A DNA stretch of 64,000 nt, from positions 31,180,917 through 31,244,916 of the forward strand of contig JARFYF010000022.1 of NCBI GenBank assembly GCA_030265395.1, given 5' to 3'. The notes beneath the pieces were generated by a model. That model searched no databases. It had not been told where the DNA came from and saw nothing but the letters and a program-made list of their open reading frames with translations. Shown in pieces: positions 24,389 to 36,694 of the stretch. The stretch is from Rhina ancylostomus. Taxonomy: Eukaryota. A program made the position numbers and the translations under genes. The stretch's first letter is position 1; the number at the start of each line of letters is the position of its first letter.

Positions 24389-24481
24389 CTTAAACATAAC
24401 ATTGATTTCATCCCCCAGTGGGTCAGCATTCACCAGTGTTAACTTTAGTGGAACTGCATTGGAGTTGAAGAAGGAGCAAGC
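24389..24481 (-). CDS. PIK3C2A: PIK3C2A exon (kinase N-lobe): [31 protein letters not shown]
   Basis: tttatag|GCT ... AAG|gtatgt; 93 nt; ends at the catalytic lysine. Confidence 0.96.
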
Positions 24482-24547
24482 CTATAAACAGAAATAGGAA
24501 GTTGTGTTAATTATTAAGTATCAGAGCTTTCAACACTTTGCAATGAT

Positions 24548-25085
24548 GTATCATGGCTTGGTACGGTAACTGCTCTGCTGAGGACCGCAAGAAACTGCAG
24601 AGAGTTGTGGACACAGCCTAGCGCAACACGGACACCAGCCTCCCCTCCTTGGGCTCTGTCTTTACCTCTCGTTGTTTTGGCGAAGCAGCCAGCATAATCA
24701 AAGACCTCACCCACCCAGGACATTCTCCCTTCTCTACTCTTCCATCGGGTAGAAGATACAGGAGCCTGAGGACACGTACCACCAGACTTAAGGACAGCGT
24801 CTAACCCACTGTGAAAAGATTATTGAATGGTTCCCTTATAAAATGAGATGGACTATGACTTCACGATCTACCTTGTTGTGACCTTGCACCTTATTGCACT
24901 GCACTTTCTCTGGAGCTGTGACACTTCACTCTGTATTGTTATTGTTTTTACCTGTACTACATTCATGCATTCTGTACTAACTCAATGTAACTGCACTGTG
25001 TAATGAATTAACCTGTATGATCGGTATGCAAGACAAGTTTGTCCACTGTACCTTGGTACAAGTGACAATAATATACCAATACCAA
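24548..25085 (+). mobile_element. Rex1/Babar-type LINE 3' fragment
   Basis: Encodes a degenerate AWYGNCSAEDRKKLQRVV...A+SIIKD+THPGH...LPSGRRYRSL C-terminus; 3'UTR ends in (TACCAA)n. Confidence 0.8.
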
Positions 25086-25419
25086 GGTGTAACCAAACTC
25101 TGGATTCCTGCATTGCATCATTTGCTCCGTGATTGTGAAAGAGCCGATCTATATGCAACTCTTTCTGTTGCTAGAGTTAGCCTCAGCATGACCTGTATTG
25201 ATCTAGGCCTTGGCTTCTTAATGCTGTTCACAAACTCTGACTCTGAAGTGCAGATGTGTGGACCTTGAGGTAGTGAGCGATGTCTCGGGATATAAAATTA
25301 AAACCAGACCTCATCAGGGCCAGGTGTTCCAATTTTTTTGATACTCAACCAGCAGTATCTAGAATCCCACAAGCACTCAACCCAGCAGTGCAGGGCCCCA
25401 CCCGAGCATTTAACTGAGT

Positions 25420-25780
25420 TATAGACTCGTACAACACAGAAACAGGCCTTGGCCCCATTGCACCCATACTAACCTTTTGTCCATCTACACTAGTCCCATT
25501 TACCTGCATTAGGACCCTCTCCTCCTATGCCTTGCCTACTTAAGTGCCTGTCTAACTGCCTCTAAGACGCAGCAATTGTATCTGACTCCATGAGCTCCTC
25601 TGCCAATGTGTTCCAGAGATCTTACTCTCTCTGTGTAAGAAAACTTGCCCCTCAGATCCCCTTTGAAACTCCTTCCTCTCACCTTTATCCTATGTCCTCT
25701 TGTTTTTGATGCCCATGCCATGGGAAAAGATTTGGAATATCTACCCTGTCTATGCAACTAAAAACTCATAATTTTATAAA
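25420..25780 (-). mobile_element. CR1 3' fragment
   Basis: Minus ORF 25536-25757: SKTRGHRIKVRGRSFKGDLRGKF. Confidence 0.8.
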
Positions 25781-26019
25781 GTATATAAAGGTATATCTCC
25801 TCTGTGCTCTCTCCAGTGCAATCACTGATCTCTGCTTTTCTTTGTGAAATGAAGTGGGTGTGTGCGGCACTGAACCAGTCACATTCATTTATATACAGTT
25901 CTCTGCGGCTCCACGTCCGTATGAATTAACCTTCTGTACTTTTTTGTTATTTTCATTTATGTGAAATGAGTTCACCTCTACCTCATTGGGACAATAAATT
26001 CTAGCTGTGTCAATGTTAC

Positions 26020-26470
26020 TGTTACAAACCAGCAGCAAAAGAAACACACCGAGACATGTATAAGTGTTAAAATCTGCTTTATTAATAACTACTTATGATA
26101 ATAAGTAAAATAAAAGTAAAAATGTTAAACCCCGAACATTAACTCCAAAAACTAACTAAACATGTCGTGTGTGTGTGTGTGTGTGTGTGGCAAATTCCCA
26201 AACTCCANNNNNNNNNNNNNNNNNNNNNNNNNNNNNNNNNNNNNNNNNNNNNNNNNNNNNNNNNNNNNNNNNNNNNNNNNNNNNNNNNNNNNNNNNNNNN
26301 NNNNNNNCCTGTGTTTGTCCTGAGGAAGTATCCTGACTCCAGTCTTGTATCGGTGTGCTGCATTTGGGTTCTCTGAGTTTGCCCTTGATCAACATTGTGA
26401 CAGCTTGTGACCCACCAATATCATTAATTGTTCAGTCTCCTCAGTTTAGGGGTAAATAGGGATACAAATT
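26020..26470. mobile_element. Possible solo LTR interrupted by an assembly gap
   Basis: Begins TGTTAC, contains a minus-strand AATAAA and a (TG)n run, candidate CA ends at 26402 or 26466; no TSD found. Confidence 0.3.
26167..26189 (+). repeat. (GT)n microsatellite
   Basis: gtgtgtgtgtgtgtgtgtgtgtg. Confidence 0.95.
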
Positions 26471-26575
26471 GCAGTGTGTCCTGTGAATGAATAAACCATG
26501 TAAATTAGTGAAGATAAGTATTTGAAAAAAGAATTTCAACAGGTCTGATTTCTCAATACGATTAAATTCATTCTT

Positions 26576-26812
26576 TATAGAACAATAGAGGCCCTTCGGC
26601 CCACCATGTTGTGCCACCCATCAAACCACACCTCACACTTTCTAACCCCTTCCTCCCACGTATCCCTCTATCCCACATTCCTCCATATGCCTATCCATCA
26701 ACCTCTTGAACCTGTCCAACGTATCCGCCTCCACCACCACCCCAGGCAGTGCATTCCATGCACCAACCACTCTGGATGAAAAACCTCCCTCTGACATCTC
26801 CCCTGAACTTCC
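26576..26812 (-). mobile_element. CR1 3' fragment
   Basis: Similar to 53854-54110 (ccaccaccaccccaggcagtgcattccatgcaccaaccactct). Confidence 0.8.
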
Positions 26813-27170
26813 TAGGAGTTCACTTATAACTTATAAGGAGTGATTCCATGAATTAAAGAATGCTAATATTAAAAAACTTTGCTCAGTGCTGTAAAGGATT
26901 TTAGGTGCTCCATTCACATGGCTTATATAGTGCACACTTCAAACACCATGGAAACACGGTGTAGAGTTTTATGGTACAGTCTGAAATAAGATTGTACCTT
27001 CCTGGCCATTATTCTTTCCAACAAGCTTTCAGCAATTTCTTTAACAGATTGAAAGTCCAGATTGAAAGAAATTTGTATCACATCCTTTGCAGAACTCCAG
27101 TATGGAAAATCTGTGCAAAAGAATTTACTTAGAGTTCCAAATTTCTTTCAATCTGGATTTTTAATCTGTT

Positions 27171-27602
27171 AAACATAGAACATAGAACATTACAGCACAG
27201 TACAGGCCCTTGGGCCTACAATGTTGTGCCAACATTTTATCCTGCTCTATAAGATCTATCTAACCCTTTCCTCCCACATAGCCCTCCATTTTTCTATCAT
27301 TCATGTGTCTATCTAAGAGTCTCTTAAATGTCCCTAATGTATCTTCCCCCACCACCTCTGACAGCTGTGCATTCCACACACCCACCACTCTCTGTGTAAA
27401 AGACTTACCCCTGACATCCCCCTTATACCTTCCTCCAATCACCTTAAAATTATGCCCCCTCGTGTGAGCCATTTTCGCCCTGCGGAAACGTCTCTGACTG
27501 TCCACTCGATCTATGCCTCCTACCATCTTGTGCACCTCTATCAAGTCACCTCTCATCCTCCTTCACTCCAAAGAGAAAAGCCCTAGCTCACTCAACCTAT
27601 CC
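27171..27602 (-). mobile_element. CR1 3' fragment, relatively young
   Basis: Minus ORF 27260-27556 MRGDLIEVHKMVGGIDRVDSQR...RGHNFKVIGGRYKGDVRGKSFTQRVV; (CATAGAA)n tail. Confidence 0.9.
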
Positions 27603-27604
27603 CA

Positions 27605-27745
27605 CTACCTTAATTGTAACACTTTATTCTGCATTCTGTAATTGCTTTTCCCTTGTGCTACCTCAATGCACTGATGTGGTAAAATGGCATGCACAACAAA
27701 CTTTTACACTGTACCTCAGTACATGTGACAATAATAAACCAATTT
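27605..27745 (+). mobile_element. Rex1-type 3'UTR tail fragment
   Basis: actgtacctcagtacatgtgacaataataaaccaat matches the end of 24548-25085. Confidence 0.65.
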
Positions 27746-28463
27746 TGACCATCTGTCCCTTTGTGCCGTCCCACAACCGAGACTGGAGGCTCAGAGAGTG
27801 AGGAGATTGGTGGTGGGGTCTCTTATCCTGTCCACACTGTGGCGACAGTGAGACAATCCCGTCCAATAGGCAGAGGCAGCTCTACTGAGAGATGCTCCCT
27901 GATGTAGCCTGATGTCACTCCAGTGAGTAAGCCTTTAGTCAGGAAACTGGAAGCAATATCATTTGCCTCAAGGCGCTAGTCTGACAAACTCCGGGTAGGC
28001 TGGTGCTTAGAGGAGGAGGCGATGACAATCAGCGACTCAGAAACTAGCGACTCATCACAGGAGAGGCACAGCTTAACTTAGAGGCAATTAGTTAGGAAAC
28101 TTCATCTCCATAATAAGTAGCAGCTAAGTCGACCACTTCCATTTTTGGTTGTGGTATTGAGGAACCTGGGCTTCCGCCACACCATCATCACAGCAACAGA
28201 AGCACAATGCAGGAACGCAGGCAGAATACAGCCCCGTCCCAGGGCTCTTGTAATGGTCGCTCAATGATCCCTTTGGAACATGTACTGAGGGAGTTCACAC
28301 TTGCCAGGTTTCACCTCCTGAGTTGGTTGGAGGGCGGTAGGAGGATGACACCACATTCCTGGGATGTGTGGTGTCCAGTATCGGACATCTGGACCCCTGT
28401 TGAGAACCGTTCTAGCTTCAACCCCATCTGCTCCCACTCTGCGATTCACGTAACCCGTTCTGG

Positions 28464-28598
28464 ACCCACTGTGATGGGACGACTGAACGATGAGATGGAC
28501 TCAACCTCACGATCTACCTTGTGACCTTGCACCTTATTGCACTGCACTTCCTCTGTGGCTGTGACACTTTACTCTGTACTGTTACTGTTTTTACCTTG
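28464..28598 (+). mobile_element. Rex1-type 3'UTR fragment
   Basis: atgagatggact...cacgatctaccttgtgaccttgcaccttattgcactgcactt... nearly identical to 24843-24952. Confidence 0.8.
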
Positions 28599-28844
28599 AG
28601 TTGCAAGTTAAATATCCATTATAAAGCTCCATCCTCTGGCTTCAGACGTATCAAAAATAAAAAGTACATTCATGTGCATCATGTACTACTTTGCAAATTA
28701 GCAAGGTCCATGAAGGTGTTGCATGAATGCCAGATTTTAATTGAGATTCCATTTGGCACAATTATCCCTAAAGTATCTGTTAATTTTATAGCATCACCAA
28801 ACCAAAATAAAACTTGTATTTGAATGAGGTAAATTAAGAAGAAA

Positions 28845-29040
28845 CAATCTACTGGAAGAACTCAGCAGGTCGAACAGCATCTGTGGGAAGAAAGGAATTG
28901 TCGACATTTTGGATTACATAGTTTAACCCGTAACATTGACAATTTGATTCCCCACCCCAGATGCTGCTCGATCCGCCAAATTCCTCCAGTATTGTTTGTT
29001 GCTCCAGATTCCAGCATCTGTTGATTTTTGTGTCTCCAAA
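28845..29040. mobile_element. Palindromic Penelope-terminus-derived element
   Basis: Inverted arms actggaagaactcagcaggtcgaacagcatctg (28851-28883) and cagatgctgctcgatccgccaaattcctccagt (~28958-28990). Confidence 0.65.
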
Positions 29041-29413
29041 TTAAAAAGAAATATAATTTCAAAAGTTCTGCTTTTACAACTACAAATTTTAAGTAAAATA
29101 ATATGCAAGCTTCTTGGCAGATACAGGTAAAACTATTTGCTAAAGAGAATTAATCACGTAAATCAAAATGCCAATACATGAACTCAATTTAAAAATTCAA
29201 AGCAATTCAAAACATGCCAAAGCTGCTAAGATGACAAATCTAAAGATTAATACTTGTAACAACTGAACAATTAAGTACTGCAGGATGTAACGAGACTAAA
29301 ACTACCAATTTCAGAGCTTTGTGTTGTTACTATCATCAAAGATGGCCCAATAATGAGAATATAAAACAATGCTTAAACTGCATTTCAATGAAGTTTTGAT
29401 AGGTTGTGGATAC

Positions 29414-29515
29414 CTTAACATTTAATTCTTTTGCTACAAGGCTTGGATTGAGAGGCAATCGACACTTATTTTTGAAGAATGTCTGTACACGGTCCATGCC
29501 TTCCTGAAGAACAGC
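29414..29515 (-). CDS. PIK3C2A: PIK3C2A exon: [34 protein letters not shown]
   Basis: ttcttaaaag|GCT ... AAG|gtatcc; 102 nt, phase 0-0. Confidence 0.93.
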
Positions 29516-30477
29516 CTTTTAAGAAAAAAAATACTGGAATTTTAGTTATATTGCAAAGTTATTCCACCTCTTGAGCTTGAAGCTGATTAATATTCCCCCA
29601 GTGTTGACAATATAACATCATCACAGCTTTTGAGATTTCACTAACTTTAAAGCAGCAAGATATTTTCCCCTATTTGTTTGCAAAAAATCAGATTTTCCCA
29701 TTTTGTCTACACATTAACACTCTTGCATTTTACAAGTAAAAGAGTATTGTTAAATATCAGTCAAATTTAACAAAGCAAATGATTTCTAGCAAGGTACAGA
29801 TGATCAGTATGAGGATAAGCAACAATAAGGGAAGATCCAGGTACAGGAAGGATTTTTCTTTACAGCCTTAATGTAAATCAGTGCTCAAGGGCATTGGTTG
29901 AGGCAAAATGATTTTCCCCCTCACTGGTTGGTCAAGCTCATACTGCATGCATAACAATGCACAAAAGCCAGTCATTTATTCTTTCAGCAATGAATGTGTA
30001 GCACATGCTCTTAAGGTCCTTTGGGCAGAAGGAAGGAAACCAAAAATTGCAGGGGAAATAAATACAGCAGAACACAAAGGTTAAGCAAATAAACAAACCT
30101 CCCATAAGTGGATCAAGCTTTAATTGCTTAGCAACTTAAATTTTATATAAAAAGGAAGCTGGGGAGCAATTTCACATTTCATTTTTGCATAAGATATAAC
30201 ATTTCTACCAGTGCTAACAGAGTATGTCCTGGTTATACAAGTGCAGGAGGCATGAAAGACTAAACAAAATTTCAGGGGATTGGAGTGAGGGGGAGGAAGG
30301 AAAGAAAATGGGGTGAGTACATGGCTATTTTAAATGCAAAGTGGAGTTATAATTAGTGCTGTTGCAAACTTACAGTTCATGTTTACAATAACCATGTTGA
30401 TGAGCTTGGTACGTAAACTTGCAGAGACATGTAGTGTTTAGAATATTTTTGTTGATCTGTTCATTCTGATGCCATAC

Positions 30478-30658
30478 CTGCCTTGCTGATCCACTGGCTT
30501 GGCGAACTTTCTCTGCTACCACTCCCAGTTTCCGTACAAGTCTGGTCTGCATTTCAAACTCTTCTCTTAAGCCCTTCCCACATATACAAAGTAGGGCACC
30601 CAAAAGGAGTTCGTAACGTACCCCAAAATATGGGTCATGAAGTGCATTATTCAACAGC
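30478..30658 (-). CDS. PIK3C2A: PIK3C2A exon: [23 protein letters not shown]...[14 protein letters not shown]
   Basis: ctacag|G ... CAG|gtatgg; 181 nt, phase 2-0. Confidence 0.95.
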
Positions 30659-31599
30659 CTGTAGAGTTAGAGCATAATTAAATAATTCAAAATGGGTCTT
30701 CCAGGTACGATTGTGCTGAGCATCTATCAAGGTGATACAAATGGAAGGGTCAAGCAACTTGTTAGCAACATTAATCTGTCAAGAAATGCTGTAGTCTGCA
30801 TTGCACAATTATACATGAATAGTCGTAGATCCACCAGGTTAATCACCTGCCTCAAAAATGATTATTTGTGATACTACATTTCAAGTTTAACAATGTAGAT
30901 ACACGAAAAAAACAAGTACTTAATACCTCTCTAGCATCTAGGATCGATCCTTAAGATTGTAGAGTGCAAATATTCACAAAAGAATGGCTTTGAAAGTAAA
31001 TAATTTTGGGCACATTAAGCTGTCAATTATTGGAAAGCAGCTTGAAAGTTATGTTCCACAGACATCTTGACTGAGAAAGGTTTACTAGAGACTAAAATTA
31101 ATACAGTATAAGATCATGTGTGATGAAGAAAGTTGTTAATGGTAAACAACCTCATTGACATCAAAATCTGGATATTTACAAAGCTTATTTTTTGAAAAAT
31201 GTGACTGAATTTGCAAAGATTTTTGTGGGATCTTGTACAAGGAATTAATTGTGTTTAATAGGCACAGCATCACTGCAAGGCCAGCATCAACTGTCCATGA
31301 GGTTTAATTGTCCCTTCTGGTTTAAGGTGCTTCAACAGTGCTGATGGGGAGATTCCAGGATTTAGCAACAATTAAAGACCAGTAATATATTTCCGAGTCT
31401 GGACGGAATGTGACTTGGCAAGTAAAGCATAGATGATGAGTCCACATTGGTGAAATTCTTGCCCTTCTTGGTGGCAGAGGTCATTGGCTTGGGAGACACT
31501 GGCAGAGTACCAGAGGTAAGTAAAAGCAGTGCATTCTATAGATGATAGGGAGAATTAATATTTAGGATGCATTGTCCTGCATGATAATGAGCTTCTCAA

Positions 31600-32080
31600 T
31601 TGTTGTTAAAGCTGCTCTCATTCAGTCCTCTGATCTACATTTGTAGTCTTATTTGCGTGGCTGGTCCCAGTTGAGTCCTAAGATATTGACGGTAGTGGAC
31701 CAGCAATTCTAATGCCACTGAACATCAACTATAGATGGTTAGATTCTCTTGTTGGAGATGGTCATGGGCCTGCCATTGTGTGACATGAATGTTATCTGTC
31801 ATTTATCAGCCCATGCCTAACAGTTGTGCAATTCTTGCTGCACGCAAGCACAGACAGCTTCATTTACTGAGGAATTGCAAATATAATTGAACTTTGCACC
31901 GCGAGTTCCCCACTTCTGACCTGATGGAAAGTAGATCATTGATAACGCAGCTGAAGATGGTTGGGCTGAGTATGCTGCCTTGAAGAACTCTTGCAGTGAA
32001 GCCCTGAGGATGGAATGATTGATCTCCAACAACCACAGCCATCTTCCTTTGTGTAAGGAATGACTCCAACCATTGGAGGC
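31600..32080 (-). mobile_element. CR1/L2-clade LINE RT fragment
   Basis: Minus ORF 31860-32069: ESFLTQRKMAVVVGDQS...VLQGSILSPTIFSCVINDL. Confidence 0.8.
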
Positions 32081-34484
32081 TGCCTTTGATGACAATATTT
32101 CTTTATGAATCTCTTGAAAGTTCACAACCACTCATATTCTTTGCTTTTGTTAGGATTTATTGCAAGGGCAATCCAAAATAAATGCACTACATTCCTCTTG
32201 TACGAGAGGAATTGTGATTTGGAGTATAATGTATTGCTTTGGCACCCATACAGGCTGGTTGAAAAGTAACAAAGGAGTTGACTACTCTAATACACGAATT
32301 GTCTACGGCATAGAAGGTGGCCATTTGGATTATTGGATCTATGCTGGCTCTTAATCGAGCTTTTCTTTCAGCTCTACTACTCCACCCCTTTCCCATGGCT
32401 CTCCAAATTATTCTCTCAACTGTCTGTACAGTTGATTTTGTTTTCACCATCCATGCAGGCAGTGAATTCCAGATCCTAACTACTCCTGGTATCAAAGTAA
32501 ATTTTGTTACAATACAACTGTTCACTGATCGAGTTTTTTTCTTCTCCTCCTGTAACTTGCTGCAGTGGGTGGGGAGCAGAGTATCAAGAATAAGGCAAAC
32601 TTGGATTCCTGATGGGCTTTAATGGCTCCTCCATCTATTTTTCTTCAATACATGTTCACTTTTAACAAATGGCGAACATCAAGATTTAGTTGGTTTCCTT
32701 TCATACCATTATTACTTTAATGAGGATTCCAAAAGACAATATGTACCAGAAAGTGCAACCTTCTTTTCCTGACAAAAGTCACAGACTTCATTAGTCTGCA
32801 ACAATGGAAAGCACAGTAGATTTAGCAGTCAAAATTGTCAGGAGTTGATTAAAGGACCTGCCTTCAAGAACCCAAAATAAAAACCAGAGATATAATATCA
32901 ATATCAGCTATTGAAAAATAATGGTATTTGTTCTTAGCTCTGGTTCCTTAAGTCTGACGGGTATTGGGTCTGTTACTCAGCAACTGATGAAAAAATGATG
33001 ATGATTGAAGGTGAGGCAAACAATCCAAGTCGATACAAATGAGCTCCAATAATTATTAAGTTAATTTTATCATCAGCATAAAACAAATTTTCACAGGTTT
33101 ATTGTTTTAAGTCTTGAATCATAGGGTCTGTACACATACATTGTAAATCCCGAAATAAATTTTACAGAATTACTTAGTTGGCTGCAGGAGAGAAATGATT
33201 TAAAAGTATTGGTCTTCATTGTGGCTAAATATAGCAAATCCAGCAAGCCCACAGAGAAACTGCCACTGTAAATGCAATATCCATTCATCATGAACAGGAG
33301 CTCCAATACTGGCCATGCTCAAATTGGGAATGGGAAAGGCTAAATCGACTATTTCAATCAAATTCAATTATATCCCTTCAATAACAGACAAGGAGACAAT
33401 TTTGCCCATTACTCATGAAAACGATTTGGTCGATTACAATGATGCTCAAAACATCTCCTTATGCATTTTCCAGTTTTCCTGGCTTTGGGCCAATTTCTAC
33501 AAGCGCTACAGTGTGTGTTTATTTCTGGTCCCTAATTGGAATTCAGCTGTAAAGGCATCTGTTCATACTTAGGTGATGAGTGGTGGTGGTATGACTTCAC
33601 GGTTGGAGTAATGTGTACCAATTGGAGACTAATTTCAGGAAGCTAATCAGAAGCCACTACACACAACACCACATTTAGCTCTATAACCACAGAAGCTTCA
33701 GTGTTTCATTGATCCAAATTATTCAGAGGGTATTTATGGAGAATGAAAGCACAAACAAAACAACTTACATTCTTAATGTTCTAAAGATATCCTAAATTCC
33801 TTTATTGGAATCAAAATTGATACCAAGAAAAGGAGAATATATGCAGAGGGTGATTAAAATCTTCATCTAAGAGTTAGGCTTTAAGCATCAAGCGTATAGG
33901 CATCTATAGTATCTGTACCTCTCAGCATGCTAATATTTACTGTATGTCTTGTTTCACATTAGTCATGGTACATGTCAAAACAATGGCCAAATATTCTTGG
34001 TAACAGTGAAGAAAATGGAAACATATGCACCAGGATTTAGTAACCCACAAGATAGCTGTGAATTAACCCTTTTACCCCTCTCTANNNNNNNNNNTTGCAA
34101 TTGGGCATTAACTCTTGGGGGGTCTGTTGCATCCAGCTACAGTGACAGCATCCAGTGGCTGGGTTGCCTTTTGCATTGAGGAATGTTCATAGGCAACAAA
34201 CTAGGGAATTATAAAGCGAAGGTTAAATATTTATGACATGATATAGAGTGCAAAATAAATATTGGAACATACACAAGATTTAGAAACTATAAACAGCCCG
34301 AACAAAATAAACTTAATAAATTAAAACTACTTTTACTATAAAAAGGGATGGATTTCTGAAACATTGAGGGAATGACAGTCCACAGATATAAAATGTATTT
34401 TTAGGCTAGAGGAATTATTCTGCGATTAAAACTTTCAAATATACTGCATGCAACATAGCTTATGATTTTTGGAAGACTTTTGAG

Positions 34485-34712
34485 GGGCACATTGTCACAG
34501 TGGCTAGAACTGATAACTCCTAGCTCCAATGACCCAGGTTTGATCCTGACCTCTGGTGCCGTCTGTGTGGAGTTTGCACATTTTCCTGTGACCATATAGG
34601 TTTGCTCTGGTTTCCTCCCACATTCCAAGAATGTGTGGGTTGGTAAGTTAACTAGCTACTATAGAGTGCCCTTAGTGTGTAAGTGAGTGGTAGAAGCTGG
34701 GGGAGTTGAGGG
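34485..34712 (+). mobile_element. V-SINE (HE1-like) with tRNA-derived head
   Basis: gggcac...cagtgg (A-box-like), ggtttgatcc (B-box-like), gtctgtgtggagtttgcac, ggtttcctcccacattcca V-domain. Confidence 0.8.
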
Positions 34713-35942
34713 AGACTTGTTGTAAAATAACCTCAGTTATTTTTCACCACAACACCTGGTACTTTTTTTTTTAGAAAAAATAAACCAATTTAATTTAAAT
34801 CTAAATGAACCACTACCAACTCCTACCTTTGATTCCCAAGGGAGGCTGTTATGTCGAGTGATGGTGAAATTTATTTCTTAGATCAGTTGGGAATCATTTT
34901 GGTGAATGTGCAAGGGGTAAAAGTTAGAGATCTTGATGGGCTACAGAGCTTGAGTTAGGGAGGAATGAAGAAGTAAATGTATGTGAAGGAAAATGTTAAA
35001 TTTGAAACAACGATGGACCAAGAGCCAATGTAGCTCAGTGAGCACGAGAATAAAAGTGAGTAGAACTCAATGAGTGTTAGAATACAGGAAGACTTGGGAT
35101 GAACTCAAATTCGTGGAAAATAGAAGACAAAGAGATGGCAGAAAGCATTGGAATATGCAAGTCTGGCCCTAACAAAATCTTGTTTCCAACTGCATTACTT
35201 CCAACCAACCAATCACTTCTACATGACTAGCCTCTCTCTCCCCCTCAGGGAAGGCCAAAGATAGAACTGTAGAGAACTTAAGTGTCTGCACTAGGCTGTG
35301 CTACACAGGTAGCAACAAAGATAGTTGCTTTGACTGTTTAAAAGGCAACAGAGGGCTTTTACATTTGGTAAATGGGGGTAAATCCTGATTGTTAAATATG
35401 AAATTGAAGGATTCATACTTATATAAAGATAGTACTTGACCAAGTTCAAAATCAACACTAACAAAGCTAGGGGAATGAAAGCATCCAGCTTACAGTTATA
35501 TCACACTATAAAAATTATAAGCATTTGCCAAGGAAAAAAGCAAAATCAATATCAGATTTTATTACTATGCATCTGGATGCCAATGTAGGGTGACATGTGT
35601 TTTTCATTGTTGGCTTTGATATACTCTTATTTTTGCTGTGTTGTAAATCATTCCTGCATTAGTGAATGTTATTTGATAACTGTGTCAGTAATTAATTGCC
35701 TTACAGAGAAGCTACAGTCCCTTCAAATAAAAATGTATATCCAATTATCGCTCATCATAATGGATTGAACTGAATACCATTATAGAACTTTTCTATTTGT
35801 TTAGGTACAGTGGGAAGAAAATCTTTGGTGGAAAATGATTAAAATAACCCATTATCAGACCTCTGAAGTACACTTCTTCCAAGCAAGTTAGCCAAGAAAT
35901 AATATTCATTATGCACACAAAGTTTGAAAGTTATCTTCTTAC

Positions 35943-36037
35943 CAGTATAAATGATGTGCTACACAAACATTTCCCAGAGCTCGAGATAAAAGGAATTTCA
36001 CTAAGGCGTTATCCAGGTAACACTCATGCTTCACAGC
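35943..36037 (-). CDS. PIK3C2A: PIK3C2A exon (helical domain): [31 protein letters not shown](W)
   Basis: tttatag|GCT ... TG|gtaaga; 95 nt, phase 0-2. Confidence 0.95.
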
Positions 36038-36600
36038 CTATAAATAAAACAAACAGCAACAATGTAAATCACACTACCTTCAGCAAACACAAAATTCTAA
36101 CCCTTCAAATAACACAAATACCTTTGAGAACAACAGGAAGACATACACTTTAAAATATATGTTCTGTAAGTGATGAGTATTTTTCAGGGATTGTTTTGCC
36201 CTATACTGTGTTAAGTTAGAAATATACACACAAAAAATATTTTTGACTCAAAAGCAAAATAGTTCGGCTGCTATAAGTCTGAAAGAAAAATGGCAAATGA
36301 TGGAAATACTCAATAGGTCAGGCATCATCTGCAGACTAATTTTAATGCTTTTGGTCAATAACTTTTTAATCAAAATAATATTAAAAAATATATATTTTAA
36401 GTAAGGAAGGAGATTTAGTTAGGGAATCACAACTTTATAACTGCTGGGAATGTTTCAATTTAGATAAATCCTCATCTGATTCCATCTCCCCAGAAACTGT
36501 ATAAAAATTTGCCTGTAGCTAACAGGATTTACATTAGAAAATGATTCTGAAATATGTAACAGTACAAGTGTTACAGATTACAAACAAGCAAATAACATAC

Positions 36601-36694
36601 CTCCACAAATTGAGGCAGATAATCAACCAGTTCATCGTCAGTCATTTGTTCAATCCAATTCACTGCTGTACTTCTCACTTCTTTATCTGCAAAC
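36601..36694 (-). CDS. PIK3C2A: PIK3C2A exon (helical domain): [31 protein letters not shown]
   Basis: tttatag|G ... GAG|gtatgt; 94 nt, phase 2-0. Confidence 0.95.

Noticed and set aside
29400-29413. Donor GTATCC resembling a U12-type 5' splice site
   Set aside because: It continues AC rather than TT, and there is no TCCTTAAC branch point near the acceptor at 24482; treated as U2-type.
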